This document shows positions 38,896 through 51,861 of a stretch of 64,000 bases of DNA, one piece after another. The first letter of the stretch is position 1, and every line of letters begins with the position of its first letter. Under the pieces are notes generated by a model that saw only the letters and a list, made by a program, of their open reading frames with translations, had not been told where the DNA came from and made no database searches. Origin of the DNA: the human T2T-CHM13v2.0 reference genome, Homo sapiens. Made by a program: the position numbers and the translations under genes. Location of the stretch: assembly GCF_009914755.1 (NCBI RefSeq), contig NC_060939.1, one strand, 5' to 3'.

Positions 38896-41800
38896 AAATA
38901 AAAACTATATAGAAGCATTCCGTAAAACTTCTTTGTGACGTGTGCATTCGTCTCACAGAGTTGAACCTATCTAATGATTGAGCGGTTTTGAAACACTCAT
39001 TTTGTAGAACCTGCAAGTGGATATTGGGAGTACTTTGTGGCCTTCTTTGGAAAAGGGAATATCTTCACATAAAAACTACAAAGAAGCATTCTGAGAAACT
39101 TCTTTGTGATGTGTGCATTCATCTCACAGTGTTGGACGTTTCTTTTGATAGGGCAGTTTTGAAACACTCTTTTTCTAGAATCTGCAAGTGGATATTTGGA
39201 GCGCTTTGAGGCCTAATGTGGAAAATCAAATATCTTCACATAAAAACTACACAGAGGCATTCTGAGAAACTTCTTTTTTGTGTGTGCATTCAACTCACAT
39301 AGTTGAAGTAATCTTTGGATTTAGCTGTTTTGAATCTCCTTTTTGCAGAATCTGCAAGTTGATACTTGGAGCCCTGTTTCACCCTATAGTGGAAAAGCAA
39401 ATGTCTTCACATAAACAAACCCTACAGAGAAGCATTCAGAGAAAGTCCTTTGTGATGTGTGCATTGAACATGCACAGTTGACACTATCTTTTGATTGTAC
39501 AGTTTTGAATACGTCTTTTTGTAGAATCTGCAAGTGGAAGTTTGGAGCTGTTTGCACCCTGTGGTGTAAAAGGAAATATCTTCATATAAAAGCTACACAG
39601 AAGCATTCAGAAAGACTTCTTTGTGATGAATGCGTTCCTCACACAGAGTTGAATCTTCCTTTTTATTGAGTAGTATTGAAACCCTCTTTTTGCAGAATAA
39701 CCAGGTGGATATTTGGAGAGCTTTGAGGCCTGTTTTGGAAAAGCAAATATCTTCAAATTAAAACCACACAGAAGCATTCTGAGAAGCTTCTTTGTGATGT
39801 GTGCATTCAACTCTCAGAGTTCAACGTGTCTTATGATGGAGCAGTTTGGAAACACTCTTTTTTGTAGAAACTGCAAGTGGATATGTAGAGCGATTTGAGG
39901 CCTACTGTGGAAAAGCAAATATCTTCACATAACAACTACACAGAAGCACTCCTAGAAACTTCTTTGTGATGTGTGAATTCAACTCACAGAGCTGAACCTA
40001 TCTTTTGATGGAGTAGCTTAGAATCTCTCTTTTTTTAGAATCTGCACGTGGATATTTGGAGCGCTTTGAGACCTAAAGTGGAAAAGCAAATATCTTCACA
40101 TAAAATCTACATAGAGGCACTCTAAGAAACTTCTTTTTGATGTGTGCATTCACCTCACAGAGCTGAACCGATCCTTCGAGTGACCAGTTTTGAATCTCTC
40201 TTTTTATACAATCTGCAAGTGGATATTTGGAGCCCTTTGCGGCCTATGGTGGAAAAGGAAATATCTTCAAATAAAAACTACACAGAAGCATTCTGAGTCC
40301 CTATTTTGGAAAAGAAAATATCTTCACTTAAACAACTACGCGGAAATACTGTGAGAAACTTCTTTGTTATGTGAGCATTCAACTCACAGAGTTGAACCTA
40401 TCTTTTGATTGAGCAGTTTTGAATCTCTCATTTTGCAGAATCTGCAAGGGGATATTTGGAGCCCTTTGCGGCCTATGGTGGAAAAGGAAATACCTTCAAA
40501 TGAAAAGCACACAGAGGCATTCTGAGAAACTTCCTCGTGATTGTGCATTCAACTCACAGAGTTAAACCTATCTTATGATTGACCAGTTTTGGAACACTCT
40601 TTTCATAGGATCTGCAAGTGGATATTTGGCGTGCTTTGAGGCCTATCGTGGAAAAGCAAATAACTTCAGATAAAAACTATACAGAAGCATTCTGAGAAAC
40701 TTCTTTGTGATGTGTGCATTGATCTCACAGAGTTGAAAGTGTATTTTGATTGAGCAGTTTTGAAACACTCTTTTTGTAGAATCTGCAAGTGGATAATTGG
40801 GGAGATTTGAGGTATATTGTGGAAAAGCAAGTATCTTCATATAAAAACTATACAGAAGCTTTCTGAGAAACATCTTTGTGAGGTTTGCATTCAACTCACA
40901 GAGCTGGAACTATCTTTTGAGTGACCAGTTTTGAATCTCTCTTTTTGTACAATCTGCAAGTGGATATTTGGAGCGTTTTGAGGCCTACATTTGAAAATCA
41001 AATATCTTCCCTTAAAAGCTACACAGAAACATTCTCAGAAATTGTTTGTCATGTGTGCTTTCAAATTACCAAGTTGAACCTACCTTGTGATTGAGCAGTT
41101 TTGAATCTCTCTTTTTGTGGAATCTGCAAGTGGATATTTTTAGCCATTTGCGGACTGTGGTGGAAAAGGAATTATCTTCAAATCCATTCTACACAGAAGC
41201 ATTCAGACAAACTTTTTGTGATGAGTGCATTGGTCACACAGAATTGAACCTCTCCTTTGATTGAGCAATTCTGAAACACTCTTTCAGAGGGTCTGCAAGT
41301 GGATATTTTAGAGCTTTGGGACAATTGTGGAAAAGTAAATATCTTCACATAGAAACTACACGGAAGCATTCTGAGAAACTTCTTTGGAGGTGTGCATTCA
41401 ACTCACAGAGTTGAACCTATCTTTTCATTGAGCAGTTTTGAATCTCTCTTTTTGTAGACTCTGCTTGCAGATACTTGGAGAGCTTTGAGGCCTATTGTGG
41501 AAAAGGAATCATCTTCACATAAAAACACACAGAAGCACTCTGAGAAACTTCTTTGTGAAGTGTGCATTCAACTCACAGAGTTGAACCTATCTTTTGATTG
41601 AGAAGCTTTGAATCTCTCTTTTTGTAGAAGCTGCATGTGGATATTTGGAGACGTTTGTGGCCTATGGTAGAAAAGGCAATATCTTCAAATAAAAACTAGA
41701 CAGAAGCATTTTGAGAAATTTCTCTGTGCTGTGTGCATTCATATCACATGGTTGAAACTACCTTTTGGTTGAGCAGTTTTGAATCTCTCTTTTTGTAACA

Positions 41801-44800
41801 TCTGCAATGGATATTTGGAGCCCTTTGTGGTCTGTGGTGGAAAAGGAACTATCCTCAAATAAAAACTACACAGAAGTATTCCGAGAAACTTCCTTGTGAT
41901 GTGTGCATTCATCTCACAGGGTTGAACCTTTGGTTTGATTGAGCAGTTTTGAGACAATCTTTCCATAGAATCTGGAAGTGAATATTTGGAGAACCTTGAG
42001 ATCTATTTTGGAGAAGGAGATATCTTTATATGAAAACTGCACAGAAGCATTCTGAGAAACATCTTTGTGAGGTGTGCAATGAAGTCACAGAGTTGAAACT
42101 ATGTTTTGATTCAGCAGTTTTGAGTCTCTCTTTTTGCAGAATCTGCGAGTGGATATCTGGAGAACTTGGAGGCCTATTTGGAAAAGGAAATATCTTCACA
42201 TATAAACTATGCAGAAGCATTTTGAGATTCTTCTTTGTGAGGTGTGCATGCAACTCACAGAGTTGAACTTATCTTTTCCTTGAGCACTTTCATATCTCAT
42301 TTTCTGTAGAATCTGCAAGTGGATATTTGGAGCTCTTTGCACCCTGTGGTGGAAAGGGAACTATCTTCATATAAAAACTACAAAGAAGCATTCAGAGAAA
42401 CTTCTTGTGATGAATGCATTCCTCACACAGAGCTGAACCTTTCTTTTTATGGAGCAGTATTGAAACGCTCTTTTTGCAGAATCACCAAGTGGATATTTGG
42501 AGAGCTTTGGGGCCTGTTTTGGAAAATGAAATATCTTCAAAGTAAAACTACACAGAACCATTCTGAGAAACTTCTTTATGATGTGTGCATTCAACTCTCA
42601 GAGTTGAACCTACCTTATGATTGAGCAATTTGGAAACACTCTTTTTGTAGAGCCTGCAAGTGGATATTTAGAACGATTTGAGGCCTATTGTGGAAAAGCA
42701 AATATCTTCACATAAAAACTACACAGAAGCATTCTGAGAAACTTCTTTGGCATGTGTGCATTCAACTAACAGTGTTGAACGTATCTTTTGATTGAGCAGC
42801 TTAGAATCTCTCTTTTTGTAGAAAATGCAAGTAGATATTTGGAGCCCCATTTTGCCCTATGGTAGAAAACAAAACATCTTCACATAAAATCTACACAGAA
42901 GCATTCTGAGAAACTTCTTTGTGATGTTTGCATTGAACTCCCAGAGTCGAACCTATCTTTTGATAGAGCACTTTTGTATCTCTCTTTTTGCGGAATCTGC
43001 AAGTGGATATTTGGAAAGCTTGAGGCCTATTGTGAAAAAGGAAATATCTTCACATAAAAACTACAGAGAAGCATTCTGAGAAACTTCTTTGTGAGGCATG
43101 GATTCAACCCACAGAGTTGGACTTGTCATTGAGCAGTTTTGAATCTCTCTTTTTGTCGAATCTGCAAGTGGATATTTGGAGCCCTTTGCAACCTAGGGTG
43201 GAAAAGGAAATACCTTCAAATAAAAACTATATAGAAGCATTCCGTAAAACTTCTTTGTGACGTGTGCATTCGTCTCACAGAGTTGAACCTATCTAATGAT
43301 TGAGCGGTTTTGAAACACTCATTTTGTAGAACCTGCAAGTGGATATTGGGAGTACTTTGTGGCCTTCTTTGGAAAAGGGAATATCTTCACATAAAAACTA
43401 CAAAGAAGCATTCTGAGAAACTTCTTTGTGATGTGTGCATTCATCTCACAGTGTTGGACGTTTCTTTTGATAGGGCAGTTTTGAAACACTCTTTTTCTAG
43501 AATCTGCAAGTGGATATTTGGAGCGCTTTGAGGCCTAATGTGGAAAATCAAATATCTTCACATAAAAACTACACAGAGGCATTCTGAGAAACTTCTTTTT
43601 TGTGTGTGCATTCAACTCACATAGTTGAAGTAATCTTTGGATTTAGCTGTTTTGAATCTCCTTTTTGCAGAATCTGCAAGTTGATACTTGGAGCCCTGTT
43701 TCACCCTATAGTGGAAAAGCAAATGTCTTCACATAAACAAACCCTACAGAGAAGCATTCAGAGAAAGTCCTTTGTGATGTGTGCATTGAACATGCACAGT
43801 TGACACTATCTTTTGATTGTACAGTTTTGAATACGTCTTTTTGTAGAATCTGCAAGTGGAAGTTTGGAGCTGTTTGCACCCTGTGGTGTAAAAGGAAATA
43901 TCTTCATATAAAAGCTACACAGAAGCATTCAGAAAGACTTCTTTGTGATGAATGCGTTCCTCACACAGAGTTGAATCTTCCTTTTTATTGAGTAGTATTG
44001 AAACCCTCTTTTTGCAGAATAACCAGGTGGATATTTGGAGAGCTTTGAGGCCTGTTTTGGAAAAGCAAATATCTTCAAATTAAAACCACACAGAAGCATT
44101 CTGAGAAGCTTCTTTGTGATGTGTGCATTCAACTCTCAGAGTTCAACGTGTCTTATGATGGAGCAGTTTGGAAACACTCTTTTTTGTAGAAACTGCAAGT
44201 GGATATGTAGAGCGATTTGAGGCCTACTGTGGAAAAGCAAATATCTTCACATAACAACTACACAGAAGCACTCCTAGAAACTTCTTTGTGATGTGTGAAT
44301 TCAACTCACAGAGCTGAACCTATCTTTTGATGGAGTAGCTTAGAATCTCTCTTTTTTTAGAATCTGCACGTGGATATTTGGAGCGCTTTGAGACCTAAAG
44401 TGGAAAAGCAAATATCTTCACATAAAATCTACATAGAGGCACTCTAAGAAACTTCTTTTTGATGTGTGCATTCACCTCACAGAGCTGAACCGATCCTTCG
44501 AGTGACCAGTTTTGAATCTCTCTTTTTATACAATCTGCAAGTGGATATTTGGAGCCCTTTGCGGCCTATGGTGGAAAAGGAAATATCTTCAAATAAAAAC
44601 TACACAGAAGCATTCTGAGTCCCTATTTTGGAAAAGAAAATATCTTCACTTAAACAACTACGCGGAAATACTGTGAGAAACTTCTTTGTTATGTGAGCAT
44701 TCAACTCACAGAGTTGAACCTATCTTTTGATTGAGCAGTTTTGAATCTCTCATTTTGCAGAATCTGCAAGGGGATATTTGGAGCCCTTTGCGGCCTATGG

Positions 44801-47800
44801 TGGAAAAGGAAATACCTTCAAATGAAAAGCACACAGAGGCATTCTGAGAAACTTCCTCGTGATTGTGCATTCAACTCACAGAGTTAAACCTATCTTATGA
44901 TTGACCAGTTTTGGAACACTCTTTTCATAGGATCTGCAAGTGGATATTTGGCGTGCTTTGAGGCCTATCGTGGAAAAGCAAATAACTTCAGATAAAAACT
45001 ATACAGAAGCATTCTGAGAAACTTCTTTGTGATGTGTGCATTGATCTCACAGAGTTGAAAGTGTATTTTGATTGAGCAGTTTTGAAACACTCTTTTTGTA
45101 GAATCTGCAAGTGGATAATTGGGGAGATTTGAGGTATATTGTGGAAAAGCAAGTATCTTCATATAAAAACTATACAGAAGCTTTCTGAGAAACATCTTTG
45201 TGAGGTTTGCATTCAACTCACAGAGCTGGAACTATCTTTTGAGTGACCAGTTTTGAATCTCTCTTTTTGTACAATCTGCAAGTGGATATTTGGAGCGTTT
45301 TGAGGCCTACATTTGAAAATCAAATATCTTCCCTTAAAAGCTACACAGAAACATTCTCAGAAATTGTTTGTCATGTGTGCTTTCAAATTACCAAGTTGAA
45401 CCTACCTTGTGATTGAGCAGTTTTGAATCTCTCTTTTTGTGGAATCTGCAAGTGGATATTTTTAGCCATTTGCGGACTGTGGTGGAAAAGGAATTATCTT
45501 CAAATCCATTCTACACAGAAGCATTCAGACAAACTTTTTGTGATGAGTGCATTGGTCACACAGAATTGAACCTCTCCTTTGATTGAGCAATTCTGAAACA
45601 CTCTTTCAGAGGGTCTGCAAGTGGATATTTTAGAGCTTTGGGACAATTGTGGAAAAGTAAATATCTTCACATAGAAACTACACGGAAGCATTCTGAGAAA
45701 CTTCTTTGGAGGTGTGCATTCAACTCACAGAGTTGAACCTATCTTTTCATTGAGCAGTTTTGAATCTCTCTTTTTGTAGACTCTGCTTGCAGATACTTGG
45801 AGAGCTTTGAGGCCTATTGTGGAAAAGGAATCATCTTCACATAAAAACACACAGAAGCACTCTGAGAAACTTCTTTGTGAAGTGTGCATTCAACTCACAG
45901 AGTTGAACCTATCTTTTGATTGAGAAGCTTTGAATCTCTCTTTTTGTAGAAGCTGCATGTGGATATTTGGAGACGTTTGTGGCCTATGGTAGAAAAGGCA
46001 ATATCTTCAAATAAAAACTAGACAGAAGCATTTTGAGAAATTTCTCTGTGCTGTGTGCATTCATATCACATGGTTGAAACTACCTTTTGGTTGAGCAGTT
46101 TTGAATCTCTCTTTTTGTAACATCTGCAATGGATATTTGGAGCCCTTTGTGGTCTGTGGTGGAAAAGGAACTATCCTCAAATAAAAACTACACAGAAGTA
46201 TTCCGAGAAACTTCCTTGTGATGTGTGCATTCATCTCACAGGGTTGAACCTTTGGTTTGATTGAGCAGTTTTGAGACAATCTTTCCATAGAATCTGGAAG
46301 TGAATATTTGGAGAACCTTGAGATCTATTTTGGAGAAGGAGATATCTTTATATGAAAACTGCACAGAAGCATTCTGAGAAACATCTTTGTGAGGTGTGCA
46401 ATGAAGTCACAGAGTTGAAACTATGTTTTGATTCAGCAGTTTTGAGTCTCTCTTTTTGCAGAATCTGCGAGTGGATATCTGGAGAACTTGGAGGCCTATT
46501 TGGAAAAGGAAATATCTTCACATATAAACTATGCAGAAGCATTTTGAGATTCTTCTTTGTGAGGTGTGCATGCAACTCACAGAGTTGAACTTATCTTTTC
46601 CTTGAGCACTTTCATATCTCATTTTCTGTAGAATCTGCAAGTGGATATTTGGAGCTCTTTGCACCCTGTGGTGGAAAGGGAACTATCTTCATATAAAAAC
46701 TACAAAGAAGCATTCAGAGAAACTTCTTGTGATGAATGCATTCCTCACACAGAGCTGAACCTTTCTTTTTATGGAGCAGTATTGAAACGCTCTTTTTGCA
46801 GAATCACCAAGTGGATATTTGGAGAGCTTTGGGGCCTGTTTTGGAAAATGAAATATCTTCAAAGTAAAACTACACAGAACCATTCTGAGAAACTTCTTTA
46901 TGATGTGTGCATTCAACTCTCAGAGTTGAACCTACCTTATGATTGAGCAATTTGGAAACACTCTTTTTGTAGAGCCTGCAAGTGGATATTTAGAACGATT
47001 TGAGGCCTATTGTGGAAAAGCAAATATCTTCACATAAAAACTACACAGAAGCATTCTGAGAAACTTCTTTGGCATGTGTGCATTCAACTAACAGTGTTGA
47101 ACGTATCTTTTGATTGAGCAGCTTAGAATCTCTCTTTTTGTAGAAAATGCAAGTAGATATTTGGAGCCCCATTTTGCCCTATGGTAGAAAACAAAACATC
47201 TTCACATAAAATCTACACAGAAGCATTCTGAGAAACTTCTTTGTGATGTTTGCATTGAACTCCCAGAGTCGAACCTATCTTTTGATAGAGCACTTTTGTA
47301 TCTCTCTTTTTGCGGAATCTGCAAGTGGATATTTGGAAAGCTTGAGGCCTATTGTGAAAAAGGAAATATCTTCACATAAAAACTACAGAGAAGCATTCTG
47401 AGAAACTTCTTTGTGAGGCATGGATTCAACCCACAGAGTTGGACTTGTCATTGAGCAGTTTTGAATCTCTCTTTTTGTCGAATCTGCAAGTGGATATTTG
47501 GAGCCCTTTGCAACCTAGGGTGGAAAAGGAAATACCTTCAAATAAAAACTATATAGAAGCATTCCGTAAAACTTCTTTGTGACGTGTGCATTCGTCTCAC
47601 AGAGTTGAACCTATCTAATGATTGAGCGGTTTTGAAACACTCATTTTGTAGAACCTGCAAGTGGATATTGGGAGTACTTTGTGGCCTTCTTTGGAAAAGG
47701 GAATATCTTCACATAAAAACTACAAAGAAGCATTCTGAGAAACTTCTTTGTGATGTGTGCATTCATCTCACAGTGTTGGACGTTTCTTTTGATAGGGCAG

Positions 47801-50800
47801 TTTTGAAACACTCTTTTTCTAGAATCTGCAAGTGGATATTTGGAGCGCTTTGAGGCCTAATGTGGAAAATCAAATATCTTCACATAAAAACTACACAGAG
47901 GCATTCTGAGAAACTTCTTTTTTGTGTGTGCATTCAACTCACATAGTTGAAGTAATCTTTGGATTTAGCTGTTTTGAATCTCCTTTTTGCAGAATCTGCA
48001 AGTTGATACTTGGAGCCCTGTTTCACCCTATAGTGGAAAAGCAAATGTCTTCACATAAACAAACCCTACAGAGAAGCATTCAGAGAAAGTCCTTTGTGAT
48101 GTGTGCATTGAACATGCACAGTTGACACTATCTTTTGATTGTACAGTTTTGAATACGTCTTTTTGTAGAATCTGCAAGTGGAAGTTTGGAGCTGTTTGCA
48201 CCCTGTGGTGTAAAAGGAAATATCTTCATATAAAAGCTACACAGAAGCATTCAGAAAGACTTCTTTGTGATGAATGCGTTCCTCACACAGAGTTGAATCT
48301 TCCTTTTTATTGAGTAGTATTGAAACCCTCTTTTTGCAGAATAACCAGGTGGATATTTGGAGAGCTTTGAGGCCTGTTTTGGAAAAGCAAATATCTTCAA
48401 ATTAAAACCACACAGAAGCATTCTGAGAAGCTTCTTTGTGATGTGTGCATTCAACTCTCAGAGTTCAACGTGTCTTATGATGGAGCAGTTTGGAAACACT
48501 CTTTTTTGTAGAAACTGCAAGTGGATATGTAGAGCGATTTGAGGCCTACTGTGGAAAAGCAAATATCTTCACATAACAACTACACAGAAGCACTCCTAGA
48601 AACTTCTTTGTGATGTGTGAATTCAACTCACAGAGCTGAACCTATCTTTTGATGGAGTAGCTTAGAATCTCTCTTTTTTTAGAATCTGCACGTGGATATT
48701 TGGAGCGCTTTGAGACCTAAAGTGGAAAAGCAAATATCTTCACATAAAATCTACATAGAGGCACTCTAAGAAACTTCTTTTTGATGTGTGCATTCACCTC
48801 ACAGAGCTGAACCGATCCTTCGAGTGACCAGTTTTGAATCTCTCTTTTTATACAATCTGCAAGTGGATATTTGGAGCCCTTTGCGGCCTATGGTGGAAAA
48901 GGAAATATCTTCAAATAAAAACTACACAGAAGCATTCTGAGTCCCTATTTTGGAAAAGAAAATATCTTCACTTAAACAACTACGCGGAAATACTGTGAGA
49001 AACTTCTTTGTTATGTGAGCATTCAACTCACAGAGTTGAACCTATCTTTTGATTGAGCAGTTTTGAATCTCTCATTTTGCAGAATCTGCAAGGGGATATT
49101 TGGAGCCCTTTGCGGCCTATGGTGGAAAAGGAAATACCTTCAAATGAAAAGCACACAGAGGCATTCTGAGAAACTTCCTCGTGATTGTGCATTCAACTCA
49201 CAGAGTTAAACCTATCTTATGATTGACCAGTTTTGGAACACTCTTTTCATAGGATCTGCAAGTGGATATTTGGCGTGCTTTGAGGCCTATCGTGGAAAAG
49301 CAAATAACTTCAGATAAAAACTATACAGAAGCATTCTGAGAAACTTCTTTGTGATGTGTGCATTGATCTCACAGAGTTGAAAGTGTATTTTGATTGAGCA
49401 GTTTTGAAACACTCTTTTTGTAGAATCTGCAAGTGGATAATTGGGGAGATTTGAGGTATATTGTGGAAAAGCAAGTATCTTCATATAAAAACTATACAGA
49501 AGCTTTCTGAGAAACATCTTTGTGAGGTTTGCATTCAACTCACAGAGCTGGAACTATCTTTTGAGTGACCAGTTTTGAATCTCTCTTTTTGTACAATCTG
49601 CAAGTGGATATTTGGAGCGTTTTGAGGCCTACATTTGAAAATCAAATATCTTCCCTTAAAAGCTACACAGAAACATTCTCAGAAATTGTTTGTCATGTGT
49701 GCTTTCAAATTACCAAGTTGAACCTACCTTGTGATTGAGCAGTTTTGAATCTCTCTTTTTGTGGAATCTGCAAGTGGATATTTTTAGCCATTTGCGGACT
49801 GTGGTGGAAAAGGAATTATCTTCAAATCCATTCTACACAGAAGCATTCAGACAAACTTTTTGTGATGAGTGCATTGGTCACACAGAATTGAACCTCTCCT
49901 TTGATTGAGCAATTCTGAAACACTCTTTCAGAGGGTCTGCAAGTGGATATTTTAGAGCTTTGGGACAATTGTGGAAAAGTAAATATCTTCACATAGAAAC
50001 TACACGGAAGCATTCTGAGAAACTTCTTTGGAGGTGTGCATTCAACTCACAGAGTTGAACCTATCTTTTCATTGAGCAGTTTTGAATCTCTCTTTTTGTA
50101 GACTCTGCTTGCAGATACTTGGAGAGCTTTGAGGCCTATTGTGGAAAAGGAATCATCTTCACATAAAAACACACAGAAGCACTCTGAGAAACTTCTTTGT
50201 GAAGTGTGCATTCAACTCACAGAGTTGAACCTATCTTTTGATTGAGAAGCTTTGAATCTCTCTTTTTGTAGAAGCTGCATGTGGATATTTGGAGACGTTT
50301 GTGGCCTATGGTAGAAAAGGCAATATCTTCAAATAAAAACTAGACAGAAGCATTTTGAGAAATTTCTCTGTGCTGTGTGCATTCATATCACATGGTTGAA
50401 ACTACCTTTTGGTTGAGCAGTTTTGAATCTCTCTTTTTGTAACATCTGCAATGGATATTTGGAGCCCTTTGTGGTCTGTGGTGGAAAAGGAACTATCCTC
50501 AAATAAAAACTACACAGAAGTATTCCGAGAAACTTCCTTGTGATGTGTGCATTCATCTCACAGGGTTGAACCTTTGGTTTGATTGAGCAGTTTTGAGACA
50601 ATCTTTCCATAGAATCTGGAAGTGAATATTTGGAGAACCTTGAGATCTATTTTGGAGAAGGAGATATCTTTATATGAAAACTGCACAGAAGCATTCTGAG
50701 AAACATCTTTGTGAGGTGTGCAATGAAGTCACAGAGTTGAAACTATGTTTTGATTCAGCAGTTTTGAGTCTCTCTTTTTGCAGAATCTGCGAGTGGATAT

Positions 50801-51861
50801 CTGGAGAACTTGGAGGCCTATTTGGAAAAGGAAATATCTTCACATATAAACTATGCAGAAGCATTTTGAGATTCTTCTTTGTGAGGTGTGCATGCAACTC
50901 ACAGAGTTGAACTTATCTTTTCCTTGAGCACTTTCATATCTCATTTTCTGTAGAATCTGCAAGTGGATATTTGGAGCTCTTTGCACCCTGTGGTGGAAAG
51001 GGAACTATCTTCATATAAAAACTACAAAGAAGCATTCAGAGAAACTTCTTGTGATGAATGCATTCCTCACACAGAGCTGAACCTTTCTTTTTATGGAGCA
51101 GTATTGAAACGCTCTTTTTGCAGAATCACCAAGTGGATATTTGGAGAGCTTTGGGGCCTGTTTTGGAAAATGAAATATCTTCAAAGTAAAACTACACAGA
51201 ACCATTCTGAGAAACTTCTTTATGATGTGTGCATTCAACTCTCAGAGTTGAACCTACCTTATGATTGAGCAATTTGGAAACACTCTTTTTGTAGAGCCTG
51301 CAAGTGGATATTTAGAACGATTTGAGGCCTATTGTGGAAAAGCAAATATCTTCACATAAAAACTACACAGAAGCATTCTGAGAAACTTCTTTGGCATGTG
51401 TGCATTCAACTAACAGTGTTGAACGTATCTTTTGATTGAGCAGCTTAGAATCTCTCTTTTTGTAGAAAATGCAAGTAGATATTTGGAGCCCCATTTTGCC
51501 CTATGGTAGAAAACAAAACATCTTCACATAAAATCTACACAGAAGCATTCTGAGAAACTTCTTTGTGATGTTTGCATTGAACTCCCAGAGTCGAACCTAT
51601 CTTTTGATAGAGCACTTTTGTATCTCTCTTTTTGCGGAATCTGCAAGTGGATATTTGGAAAGCTTGAGGCCTATTGTGAAAAAGGAAATATCTTCACATA
51701 AAAACTACAGAGAAGCATTCTGAGAAACTTCTTTGTGAGGCATGGATTCAACCCACAGAGTTGGACTTGTCATTGAGCAGTTTTGAATCTCTCTTTTTGT
51801 CGAATCTGCAAGTGGATATTTGGAGCCCTTTGCAACCTAGGGTGGAAAAGGAAATACCTTC
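38896..51861 (+). repeat. HOR copies 10-12 (4322 bp each), identical at all markers scored
   Basis: All carry CATGCAC, the T6 run, CTACGCGG and GACTTGTC. Confidence 0.9.
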
